From the IMG/VR virus record IMGVR_UViG_3300045988_043685: DNA of 38,192 nucleotides; one strand, 5' to 3'. The position numbers and the translations under genes are program-made. Position 1 is the first letter of the stretch, and every line of letters starts with the position of its first letter. Positions 1 through 7,118 of this stretch are shown here, piece after piece. Origin of the DNA: a virus. The notes under the pieces were generated by a model. The model ran no database searches, was not told the DNA's origin, and saw nothing but the letters and a program-made list of their open reading frames with translations.

Positions 1-63
1 GGCATCGATATCCTAACGCTTACCACAGGACGTTACTATGCAACTAATTGTACAAATTTACCC
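1..63. repeat. 63-nt terminal direct repeat (copy 1), a circular-assembly overlap
   Basis: Bases 1..63 (GGCATCGATATCCTAACGCTTACC...ACAAATTTACCC) recur exactly at 38130..38192. The ORF that is open at the window end continues in phase at base 1. Confidence 0.95.
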
Positions 64-393
64 ACGGGCTGGGTCGCTGCTTATCTGGACGTTGAGCGTC
101 TCGATAACAAATGGTGTCGTATCACGGCGTGGCCTCCGTATGATGGTCCGAATAGTCCACAAATCACCAAACAAGATAATGGTACATGGCGAGGCTGGAA
201 AGACATAATGGATGATAAAATAAGCTTTGAGGGTGTCGGAAAAGTAACTTTTGCTCAAAATGCATCCGCTACCAGCATACGATTTTATACCACGGCTGTT
301 AATTACTTATACATTGAGTTTCTGACAGCCACCAAAAATATTAAGTTTGGCTTTTATAATGGGGCGACACGGACGGATTACTGGATTATGTAG
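1..393 (+). CDS. Tail fibre / receptor-binding protein, C-terminal part (expressed variant A). Continues 37659..38129 across the circular junction.
   Basis: Frame 1 is open from base 1 to TAG 391..393. It is in phase with ATG 37659 once the overlap is collapsed (287 aa total). There is no internal SD. The tip domain looks beta-rich (..YLYIEFLTATKNIKFGFYNG..). Confidence 0.8.
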   Translation, partial: GIDILTLTTGRYYATNCTNLPTGWVAAYLDVERLDNKWCRITAWPPYDGPNSPQITKQDNGTWRGWKDIMDDKISFEGVGKVTFAQNASATSIRFYTTAVNYLYIEFLTATKNIKFGFYNGATRTDYWIM

Positions 394-397
394 ATGA

Positions 398-731
398 TTA
401 TCTTGTGGTCGGATAAATGCAGCTCATACTCAGATTAGTGGACAATGCCTTGCTTATATATATGTACAGCTTGTTTTCCGCAGCTTTAAGGGTGCCATTA
501 ACCTGTATGGCATTATCATCAGCTATTGCGCTCCGCGCTCTATACACGGGTACATCCATAAGCGGCCTGACATCATCATCACAAAAGGCCACCTCAACCC
601 ACCCTGACGATCCTGAATTTATTGTAAAGATGCATTGCACCATATGACCGATTTTATAAGCCAACACATAAGACACTGGCGCGTTTTTATAAAAGTGTGC
701 GGTGACATCTTTCACAGCTAAATCACTATTT
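398..731 (-). CDS. Silent alternative tail-fibre C-terminal cassette (variant B), inverted and lacking its own start
   Basis: The minus-strand frame is open through the inverted repeat and reads ..SNSDLAVKDVTAHFYKNAPVSY...KLYIYISKALSTNLSMSCIYPTTR*. No SD precedes the GTG at 715. The NSDL codons are identical to fibre codons 38079..38090. It lies tail-to-tail with variant A, 5 nt from its stop. Confidence 0.6.
715..731. repeat. Right inverted repeat (IRR) of the putative tail-fibre inverton
   Basis: The reverse complement of 715..731 is AAATAGTGATTTAGCTG; 38078..38094 is AAATAGTGATTTAGGTG. That is 16/17 identical, with the first 14 perfect. Confidence 0.85.
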
Positions 732-755
732 GAACGAATAAGAAAACCGTTAATC

Positions 756-780
756 AGAGCTGAAAGGCTCTTATTTTTAT
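756..780 (+). terminator. Rho-independent terminator just outside IRR
   Basis: AGAGC-tgaaag-GCTCT hairpin followed by TATTTTTAT on the + strand. Confidence 0.55.
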
Positions 781-807
781 ACCCGAAAGGGAGAAAGGAG
801 TCCGTAT

Positions 808-1194
808 ATGAAGGACACTATGATCTTAAAAAATGGAACTATTATTGAGTTGGAGGCAGGCGCAAGCCTGGGAGCCTTACAGGTAGCGGCGGTTGGTCGG
901 GCGGCGATGGTGGCAACCTGGGAGGTTTTGACGCCGGACAATCTCGCCGCGGTGCAGATTAAGAATGGTGACGGAGTAACAGTCGGCAATTATGTCGACC
1001 TTGTGTTGACGTCTGAGACGTCCGTGGTAGCTGAAAATGGTACGGTCCTTACAACGTATAGTCTCAGGGAAAAAACTATCGAGGAAAAGCGTCTGGACGC
1101 GCTGGAAGCATGTCAGGAGGTACAGGACGGTGCTATTGAGGAGATTGCCGCAGTAACAAGTACACTTGCAGATCAGGTAGGAGGTCAGGTATAA
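808..1194 (+). CDS. Hypothetical protein of the tail-fibre/lysis junction (XkdW-position)
   Basis: ATG preceded by GGGAGAAAGGAG. 128 aa. Stop overlaps the next start (TAATG). Confidence 0.75.
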   Translation: MKDTMILKNGTIIELEAGASLGALQVAAVGRAAMVATWEVLTPDNLAAVQIKNGDGVTVGNYVDLVLTSETSVVAENGTVLTTYSLREKTIEEKRLDALEACQEVQDGAIEEIAAVTSTLADQVGGQV

Positions 1195-1307
1195 TGGGTA
1201 GATTTTACGGAATCAAGATTAAAACAGGGGAACGTACAGTGGAAGATGTGCCAAAGTTATGGAAGGCAGTAACTGAAAAATGGTTGAAGGACAATCCGGA
1301 GGTGTAA
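1194..1307 (+). CDS. Small XkdX/CD1375-like protein (37 aa)
   Basis: MGRFYGIKIKTGERTVEDVPKLWKAVTEKWLKDNPEV. The ..G.RT.EDVP.. pattern and the position before the holin are typical of this small family. Translationally coupled on both sides. Confidence 0.6.
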   Translation: MGRFYGIKIKTGERTVEDVPKLWKAVTEKWLKDNPEV

Positions 1308-1308
1308 G

Positions 1309-1794
1309 ATGAGAAAAGCATATATTGCGATTCAGGGGGCAATGGCGGCAGCCGTTGCCTTCCTAAGTGACAAGCTGGGAATTCTCTTCCCGGTTCTGTG
1401 TGCGCTGGCTACAATGATGATTGTGGATTATGTAACTGGTATGCTGGCAAGTAAAAGCGAGGCTATGGACCACCCACGGGATCCAGAGTATGGCTGGTCG
1501 AGTAAGAAGGGAGCAAAGGGAATCATCAAGAAGGTTGGGTATTTGTGTGTAATTGCCGTGGCTATGATGGTTGATTATGTGATTGCCACGGTATCCGGAA
1601 CGCTTGGCCTTACTATGCCAGCAAGCACATTTTTCGGCCTTTTAGTGGCCGTTTGGTATTTGCTGAACGAATTATTGTCCATCATCGAAAATGCGGGTAG
1701 AATGGGCGCTGACGTGCCTGAGTGGCTGCTTAAATATATATCCGTGCTGAAAGATAAGATCGACAATAACGATTATCAGGGTGGCGGCCATTAA
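1309..1794 (+). CDS. Holin (phage_holin_4_1 / TcdE-like family)
   Basis: Several hydrophobic helices, with DYVTGMLAS and NELLSIIENAGRMG..P motifs characteristic of this holin family. Lies upstream of the endolysin. Confidence 0.85.
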   Translation: MRKAYIAIQGAMAAAVAFLSDKLGILFPVLCALATMMIVDYVTGMLASKSEAMDHPRDPEYGWSSKKGAKGIIKKVGYLCVIAVAMMVDYVIATVSGTLGLTMPASTFFGLLVAVWYLLNELLSIIENAGRMGADVPEWLLKYISVLKDKIDNNDYQGGGH

Positions 1795-1844
1795 CGCTGG
1801 AGGTGATCCGCGTATCTCCCTTCGGCAGGGTAAGAGCCGGAGCT

Positions 1845-1892
1845 GTTGCGAGATCGCAACGGTTGCAATATTACAACTTGTGACGTCACAAG
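1845..1892. repeat. Three abutting 16-nt palindromes in the holin-endolysin spacer
   Basis: GTTGCGAgaTCGCAAC (1845..1860), GTTGCAATATTACAAC (1862..1877, 2 mismatches) and CTTGTGACGTCACAAG (1877..1892, perfect). Confidence 0.7.
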
Positions 1893-1941
1893 ATTTTGGG
1901 GCCTGGGTGATCCTGGGCCTCTTTTTGATTGGAGGTTATTT

Positions 1942-2727
1942 ATGAGTAAGACAAGAAACGGATTAATTGAACACTGTAAAAGCAAGTTGGGAACCCCGTA
2001 TGTCTTCGGGGCTAAGGGAGAGGTCATGACCCAGGCACGCATTAACCAGCTGGCCCGGGAGAATCCCGGCACGTACACATCTTCCTACAAGGCCAAAGCT
2101 GCTAAATACATAGGCCAGCATTGCACAGACTGCAGCGGTCTGATTAGCTGGTACACAGGCCGGATCCGCGGCAGCTACAACTACCATGACACGGCGATGG
2201 AGCGGGTGAGTATCGACCATCTGAATGAGTCCATGGTTGGTTGGGCGCTGTGGAAGCCTGGGCACATCGGTGTGTATATTGGTGACGGATATTGTATTGA
2301 GGCCAAAGGGATCAACTATGGAACGATCCGGAGCAAAGTATCCGCCACGCCTTGGCAGAAGGTGCTGAAACTCTGTGATATCGACTACACAGCGGAAGAG
2401 CAGCCAAAAAAGTCAGGCTGGTCCCAGGAGGACGGCGGCTGGAGGTACTACCTGGGCGACAACGGACAGCCCGTGCGTAATGCATGGTACAAGGACGGCC
2501 AGGACTGGTACTGGTTCGACGGCGCCGGCATGATGGTACGAAACACCTGGTACCGGTATAAAGATGCGTGGTACTATCTGGGTGATGATGGGGCCATGTG
2601 CACAGGCCAGGTAACGGTGGACGGCAAGTGGTACATCATGGACAACGCCGGACGCATGATCGTCGAGCCAGTGACGCTGACGCCAGATCAGGATGGGGCG
2701 TTGCAGTGGCCGGGGTTGGCAGGATAA
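1942..2727 (+). CDS. Endolysin: NlpC/P60-type peptidase domain plus C-terminal cell-wall-binding (CW_binding_1-like) repeats
   Basis: ATG 1942 lies behind GGAGG, so the tracker start at 1846 is rejected. It has ..HCTDCSGLISW.. (catalytic Cys) and ..GHIGVYIG.. (His). The GW/WY-rich repeats include WYKDGQDWYWFDGAGMMVRNTW and KDAWYYLGDDGAM. Confidence 0.85.
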   Translation: MSKTRNGLIEHCKSKLGTPYVFGAKGEVMTQARINQLARENPGTYTSSYKAKAAKYIGQHCTDCSGLISWYTGRIRGSYNYHDTAMERVSIDHLNESMVGWALWKPGHIGVYIGDGYCIEAKGINYGTIRSKVSATPWQKVLKLCDIDYTAEEQPKKSGWSQEDGGWRYYLGDNGQPVRNAWYKDGQDWYWFDGAGMMVRNTWYRYKDAWYYLGDDGAMCTGQVTVDGKWYIMDNAGRMIVEPVTLTPDQDGALQWPGLAG

Positions 2728-2734
2728 TAAAAAG

Positions 2735-2754
2735 GGCGGTCCGTTTGGGCCGCC
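2735..2754 (-). terminator. Terminator of the minus-strand accessory operon (possibly bidirectional)
   Basis: GGCGGTCC-gttt-GGGCCGCC hairpin. On the minus strand it is followed by CTTTTTATTAT. It sits between convergent genes. Confidence 0.7.
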
Positions 2755-2766
2755 TAATTAAAAACA

Positions 2767-3078
2767 CTATTTTATTTTATTTCGGCATTTCCGTATCCGT
2801 AGGGCGTTGATTGTTGGATATTCCGATCTGTATACCCCCTTTTTGTATGGAAGGTACATGTTTATGCATGATTTACTTAATTTTAAGATCTCTGCAATTT
2901 CTTGAGTGGTCTTGCCTTTCTCGTATAGGCTTTTCACTTGTTTTGAGGTATCATTTTCATAAACGCCCTCCGTGATGAGGATTTTTCTAACTTTTGCTTC
3001 GCTGATTCCAAACTCAACAGAAACTTTATCGAGCGAGCACAATTTGTTATAAGCCATAACGACATCTAAGCGTTTCAC
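2767..3078 (-). CDS. Accessory operon gene 5: small double-HTH protein
   Basis: GTG start overlaps the upstream stop (GTGA) behind GGGAGGG. It has the HTH-like segments VSVEFGISEAKVRKIL and GKTTQEIAEILKLSKSCINMYL. Confidence 0.7.
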   Translation of the reverse strand: MKRLDVVMAYNKLCSLDKVSVEFGISEAKVRKILITEGVYENDTSKQVKSLYEKGKTTQEIAEILKLSKSCINMYLPYKKGVYRSEYPTINALRIRKCRNKIK

Positions 3079-3767
3079 TGTCCCTCCCTCTTTCTTCTGT
3101 TTCTTTCATTCTGTTTTTGTAAAATCTCCTCTCGGTGTTCTTGATAGTACTTTTTGCTATATTCTTTATAGTAATTCTGGAAATATTCTTTGTTATTCTG
3201 ATAATACTCTTTTTTATATTCAGAATATTTTTCCTTATTCCGTTCTATCGCCTTTTTCGTCATTTCATAATGTTTTTTTGGGTTTCTATTATAGGAATCT
3301 TTTGCATATTTATTTGATTTTAATCTGTCAGGTTCGTATATTCCATCCAGTTTTTTTCGAGCCCTAAGTAAATAAATTGCAATTGTGTTCTCTTTAGTCC
3401 CCATTTCAATTGCTATTTCAGGATTTGTTAATCCAACAAGTTTTAAAAGTAAAGCTTTTCGTTCAACTTCTGGAAGAATAGAAAAGTCTGCATTACGATA
3501 ATTTTCATAATTTATCCTATTCTTATTTACTTTTTCTGATTTTGGAAGGGACTCCCTTTTGACTGGAGGATTAAGAACTTTTTTTGCGGATCTTTTTAGA
3601 GAATCCGATATATTCTGACATGAGCATCCTAACGATGTAGCGATTTCGATAGTCGTTTTTCCGTTCATGGTCAAAGCAATAATTTCCCTTTGCTTTTCGG
3701 TAAGTATGCTCAGGTCATTGTCCTCAAAAATTTTTAAATCTATTTTCAGTTTCCTTCCACCTGCCAT
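3075..3767 (-). CDS. Accessory operon gene 4: protein with two sigma-70 region-4/LuxR-like HTH modules and a K/E/Y-rich tail
   Basis: SD GGAGGTG. It has LTEKQREIIALTMNGKTTIEIATSLGCSCQNISDSLKRSAKK and LPEVERKALLLKLVGLTNPEIAIEMGTKENTIAIYLLRARKKL. The C-terminus is repetitive (KEKYSEYKKEYYQNNKEYFQNYYKEYSKKYYQEH). Confidence 0.75.
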   Translation of the reverse strand: MAGGRKLKIDLKIFEDNDLSILTEKQREIIALTMNGKTTIEIATSLGCSCQNISDSLKRSAKKVLNPPVKRESLPKSEKVNKNRINYENYRNADFSILPEVERKALLLKLVGLTNPEIAIEMGTKENTIAIYLLRARKKLDGIYEPDRLKSNKYAKDSYNRNPKKHYEMTKKAIERNKEKYSEYKKEYYQNNKEYFQNYYKEYSKKYYQEHREEILQKQNERNRRKREGQ

Positions 3768-3779
3768 ACTTCACCTCCG

Positions 3780-4283
3780 TTAAACAAATTCTTTACATGT
3801 TGATTTATCAATGTGGTCAATTGCTGGATCTCCAATATGTGTGGGGCTGTCAATACCTTCTTGTATTTGAGCAATGCAATCTTCTAATGATTTTCCGTGG
3901 ACTTCCGACGCTTCCCACCAATCATAAAAACGATATTTTAGGTATACATTGCGGCAGTCTGATTTTTTATATTGTTCACTGCTTCCAGTACAAAAACTAA
4001 AGCCATATCCGTTCATCCATACAGCTTCACCATTTTTAATATCTTTTTCGTGCATGAAGCGTCTATAACGTTTACAAAATTCTAAGTACTCTTCTTTATT
4101 TTCTTTTTTTCTCTGAAGCCATTGATCTTTTTCAATCCGGCTTTCTTCTTCCGATCCATTTGAACATTCTGTCATAAAAACTTCTCCGTCTGTATCGGTG
4201 TATGTATAAACACATCTTTCGCCTAAACCACTGTAGTACTCAAATTTTAAACTTTCATTTTCTGATAATTTGATAACATCCAT
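3780..4283 (-). CDS. Accessory operon gene 3: hypothetical 167-aa protein
   Basis: ATG behind AGGAAGGA, tightly packed in the operon. No motif recognised. Confidence 0.7.
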   Translation of the reverse strand: MDVIKLSENESLKFEYYSGLGERCVYTYTDTDGEVFMTECSNGSEEESRIEKDQWLQRKKENKEEYLEFCKRYRRFMHEKDIKNGEAVWMNGYGFSFCTGSSEQYKKSDCRNVYLKYRFYDWWEASEVHGKSLEDCIAQIQEGIDSPTHIGDPAIDHIDKSTCKEFV

Positions 4284-4319
4284 TATTATAAATTTCCTTC
4301 CTGCTTAATCAGCGATATT

Positions 4320-4601
4320 TTATATAAAATCATTTACATCACAATTGAAGGCCTCTGCTAATGTTATGGCATTACGCAGGGTTATGTTTCCAAGATCACT
4401 CTCCCCGGATTCGAACTTTTGTATTTGCCGAATGTTTATTCCGGTAGCATCGGCCACTTGCTGCTGTGTCATGTCAGCGAGAGAGCGCTGATACAACAGC
4501 TTGTTGATCGGTTTATTATGACAGTCTCTTCCATAGCTGGATGCGGAGCAGACACCGCATAAACCGTCAGTTCTGATACAATCTGGATATCTTTTCATCA
4601 T
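4320..4601 (-). CDS. Accessory operon gene 2: XRE-family HTH protein with a Cys-rich N-terminus (candidate autoregulator)
   Basis: SD AGGAGG. It has MTQQQVADATGINIRQIQKFESG (XRE HTH), preceded by C-x7-C-x2-C-x8-CH. Confidence 0.75.
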   Translation of the reverse strand: MMKRYPDCIRTDGLCGVCSASSYGRDCHNKPINKLLYQRSLADMTQQQVADATGINIRQIQKFESGESDLGNITLRNAITLAEAFNCDVNDFI

Positions 4602-4608
4602 ACACCTC

Positions 4609-4929
4609 CTACCAAACTAAATTAAATTCATCGTATGCGGGATTACTGGTTTCTACATTGTACCAGTCTCCGTCATTGTAACGCTGTTCTAAAAGCGTTT
4701 CTCCTTCAAGGTCTTCGGAATCGTTGGTAATGTTGAATTCTATTTCGATACCGAGTTCTCTTGCGGCTGCTAATGTGTGATGGTTATCGTTCTGCATTGC
4801 ATACTCGATACCATTAATAAAACCGACATAAGTGCAGGGAATAACTACCTTATCCATGCCTTTAATTTCTTCCATTTTTGTTTCTACGATTTCCCAGTTT
4901 ATGAAATGCTGGCTGCTAATAATGGTCAT
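4609..4929 (-). CDS. Accessory operon gene 1: small, strongly acidic protein with a weak ParB-like signature
   Basis: ATG behind AAGGAAAGGGGA. 106 aa with many D/E and few K/R. NDNHHTLAAARELGIE loosely resembles the DGHHR..AA.ELG ParB N-terminal motif, but the Arg is missing. Confidence 0.7.
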   Translation of the reverse strand: MTIISSQHFINWEIVETKMEEIKGMDKVVIPCTYVGFINGIEYAMQNDNHHTLAAARELGIEIEFNITNDSEDLEGETLLEQRYNDGDWYNVETSNPAYDEFNLVW

Positions 4930-4962
4930 TTTTGTGATCCCCTTTCCTTATCTTGTAATTAC

Positions 4963-4991
4963 ATTATACGCCAATATTGGCGTAAAGTCAA
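4963..4991 (-). promoter_or_regulatory. Consensus sigma-A promoter of the accessory operon with a palindromic operator in the spacer
   Basis: The minus strand reads TTGACT-(17 nt)-TATAAT. The spacer holds the perfect 14-nt palindrome CGCCAATATTGGCG (4969..4982). Confidence 0.8.
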
Positions 4992-5001
4992 TAGGTTTAG
5001 G

Positions 5002-5044
5002 AAAAATAATAAAAATCCTCCATGAGTTTTTAGCTCTTGGAGGA
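5002..5044 (-). terminator. Terminator downstream of the 60-aa gene, insulating the operon promoter
   Basis: TCCTCCA/TGGAGGA 7-bp stem (5016..5044), followed on the minus strand by TTTTTATTATTTTT. Confidence 0.65.
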
Positions 5045-5134
5045 CAAAACGTCACAACGCAGGATAGAAAACGTTATATAAGTATGCTCATTAATCCGCA
5101 GGGCGGTAGCTCCCCCATGGCTCCGCCCTGTCTC

Positions 5135-5317
5135 CTACATCAGCCGGCATCTGGTGTCCGGCGTTCGCTGCGTCAAAAGCCACATGGCTGATATATCCAC
5201 ATCGATTATCATTTCCGCCATCTCGCGGGTCTCCTGGTATTTTGCATTTTTCGCTATCTGAGCATGTCGCTGGTAGGTCTCAATTATCTCAAAAAATAAT
5301 TCATCTGTTCGGTTCAT
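5135..5317 (-). CDS. Hypothetical 60-aa protein
   Basis: ATG behind AAAGGGAGAAAAAG. An 8-bp hairpin CAGGGCGG/CCGCCCTG (5098..5131) lies just after its stop. Confidence 0.55.
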   Translation of the reverse strand: MNRTDELFFEIIETYQRHAQIAKNAKYQETREMAEMIIDVDISAMWLLTQRTPDTRCRLM

Positions 5318-5475
5318 CTTTTTCTCCCTTTTTCTTCTAATAATTATTATTTTCTGTTCTGAATACGTAGAATAACCGCGAATACAGTGAGCGTAATCAT
5401 AATAATGTTCGTCTGTATTCCGGTCGCCGGCATGAATGAAAAAGCTTGAAAGTCTCTGTTTTCGCTATTAAAAAA

Positions 5476-5498
5476 TGCTTAAAGTTTTGCTTAAAGTT
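5476..5498 (+). repeat. Two direct TGCTTAAAGTT repeats (candidate P-arm integrase binding sites)
   Basis: TGCTTAAAGTT at 5476..5486 and 5488..5498. The same 11-mer occurs twice more at 5716..5739, all in one orientation. Confidence 0.7.
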
Positions 5499-5597
5499 GA
5501 TATGTGTTTGAAATGGTATTATACGCTACATACTTTTTGAAAAACCTCGATTTTAAGCCACTTTTTGCGTGTGTTACTTCCTATTAAATGCAGTAAA

Positions 5598-5644
5598 TAA
5601 CCTTGCCAAGGTTGGGGTCGCGGGTTCGATCCCCGTCTCGCGCT
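5598..5644 (+). other. attP core region: 3' part of a tRNA-Gly(GCC) gene, from anticodon stem to discriminator
   Basis: TAACC-TTGCCAA-GGTTG (anticodon GCC), variable GGGTC, T-arm GCGGG-TTCGATC-CCCGT, 3' acceptor CTCGCGC plus T. There is no D-arm or 5' acceptor strand upstream. Confidence 0.8.
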
Positions 5645-5670
5645 CTTCTAAAAACCTAGTGTTTATGCGG

Positions 5671-5698
5671 GTTCCCGAGTTTTGGGAACTCGTTTTTT
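5671..5698 (+). terminator. Terminator supplied behind the tRNA fragment
   Basis: GTTCCC-gagtttt-GGGAAC followed by TCGTTTTTT. Confidence 0.7.
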
Positions 5699-5715
5699 GT
5701 TTACATAATGCAACT

Positions 5716-5739
5716 TGCTTAAAGTTTTTGCTTAAAGTT
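5716..5739 (+). repeat. Two direct TGCTTAAAGTT repeats (candidate P'-arm sites)
   Basis: TGCTTAAAGTT at 5716..5726 and 5729..5739, between the core and the 3' end of int. Confidence 0.7.
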
Positions 5740-5758
5740 TTCGTTGTTTCACTTACTA

Positions 5759-6976
5759 TCATAGCACATTTCTGGCCCCCTTTTCTCGTGCCTCCAACTT
5801 CCCGGCAGCATACCCGCTAATTAAATCCATCTGCATATCCGTTTCCGCTTGTGCGTAAAACTGCATAAGTGTTTTAGGACTGTTTCCCATAACGGAAGAA
5901 ATAAGGGCTGCATTTGGACAGCGGCGCATGTTGTTCGTCGCGAAGCTTGTGCGAAGTCCGTACAATGTGATTTCAGGCAACAGGAAGGCTCCTTCTGGCA
6001 GTTCTCCGCGCTCTTCCTTGTATTCCTTCATCTGACGGTTATGTGCTGTTAAAAGCCGTTTAAACGCTTCTCCGTACTGATGCGGTTTGATGGGGTTGCC
6101 GTTCTGGCTGACAAAAAGAAAATCGTTATTCCCCCACGAGTGATCTATCATATGATTTTTCCGTTTCCAGATCAGGCGCCGGCGAATGATATCATATAAA
6201 TATTTTGGTATCGGTGGCGTCCGGTGTGATCCGTCATTTTTAAGATCGGTATCCACCGCCCAATTATCATATCCTTTTTCGAAATCGATCATATATGTGG
6301 GCTTGTTGCTTATGCCATTTTCTCGCAGGCCACAGACTTCACCTGGCCGCGCTCCCAGGAGCGCAGAAATTACGAACATGGGATAATAATGTGATAACCT
6401 GACTTCTGGCAGATCGAGAAAGTAGGTGACAATATCATCGTTCCAAGTGACCTTCTTTTTTCTCGGTACTTTGCAACGCTTAATTCCTTTTACCGGATTC
6501 GTGGTAATACATTTCAGCGGCTCCACGGCGAATCCGAATATGTTAGTAAGGATATTGATACATTTGTTTACCACTTCTGGGCTGTATTTCTCTTTCATGA
6601 CATTAACATATCGCTGTATATGCATACTTTTAATGTTATCAATGGTTTCATCTCCAAAAACCTCTTTGATGTAATCCCCGTAAAACTGGGCGTACACTTC
6701 CCATGTGCTATTGGCGTATACCGGCGGTTTCGTGGACTCGTGCCATAATTTGTATACCTCGTCTACCTTTTCGGATTTTTTTTCCTTCGGAGCAGGCGCG
6801 CGGCCGGCCTCGATCTCCAGTATGATTCTTGCCTCGTCCTTTTTGGCTTCTGGCTTAGAATCACGCATGGGGCCGGTAATGGCCCGCTTCTCCTCAGCGT
6901 ACCAGACGTTGGCGAAATACCTCGTTTTTGTTTTCCCAGTCTTTTTAGAGGTATATTTACTTTCCTGAATACTCAT
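5759..6976 (-). CDS. int: Tyrosine integrase (phage integrase family)
   Basis: 405 aa. It has ..LLGARPGEVCGLR.., ..HRTPPIP.., ..LYGLRTSFATNNM.. and a C-terminal ..FY.. catalytic-Tyr region. Adjacent to the tRNA-derived attP. Confidence 0.9.
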   Translation of the reverse strand: MSIQESKYTSKKTGKTKTRYFANVWYAEEKRAITGPMRDSKPEAKKDEARIILEIEAGRAPAPKEKKSEKVDEVYKLWHESTKPPVYANSTWEVYAQFYGDYIKEVFGDETIDNIKSMHIQRYVNVMKEKYSPEVVNKCINILTNIFGFAVEPLKCITTNPVKGIKRCKVPRKKKVTWNDDIVTYFLDLPEVRLSHYYPMFVISALLGARPGEVCGLRENGISNKPTYMIDFEKGYDNWAVDTDLKNDGSHRTPPIPKYLYDIIRRRLIWKRKNHMIDHSWGNNDFLFVSQNGNPIKPHQYGEAFKRLLTAHNRQMKEYKEERGELPEGAFLLPEITLYGLRTSFATNNMRRCPNAALISSVMGNSPKTLMQFYAQAETDMQMDLISGYAAGKLEAREKGARNVL

Positions 6977-7118
6977 TGCATCATCCTTCTTTCTGGCCTT
7001 AATGCCTTATTTTAAGCGCAAAAAATACACCATACCGGTTTACAGCAGGTGCACGAAATGATACAATATAAGTGCTCTTTAATATTGTATCGGCAACACG
7101 CCGGTATGTCTACTTATG

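Noticed and set aside
417-647. 76-aa + strand ORF downstream of the fibre stop
   Set aside because: It has no SD, its product is Leu/Ser-rich, and it is antisense to the protein-like cassette B frame that is in phase with the inverted repeat.
1846-1941. Longer endolysin start proposed by the tracker
   Set aside because: The upstream 32 codons run through the palindrome array with no SD, while ATG 1942 sits 6 nt after GGAGG.
5497-5522. + strand promoter (TTGATA ... TGGTATTAT) in the P arm
   Set aside because: Only 14 nt separate the -35-like and -10-like hexamers, and nothing obvious lies downstream except the att core. The evidence is too weak to call.
5598-5644. Possibility of a complete, functional tRNA-Gly gene
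   Set aside because: No D-arm and no 5' acceptor strand (GCGCGAG) occur upstream, so only the 3' two-thirds are present. It is interpreted as the att core.
5569-5820. 83-aa + strand ORF (and 5574..5762 on the minus strand) over the attP region
   Set aside because: It is merely the translation of the tRNA-Gly fragment (..VAGSIPVSRS..), the terminator and the arm repeats.
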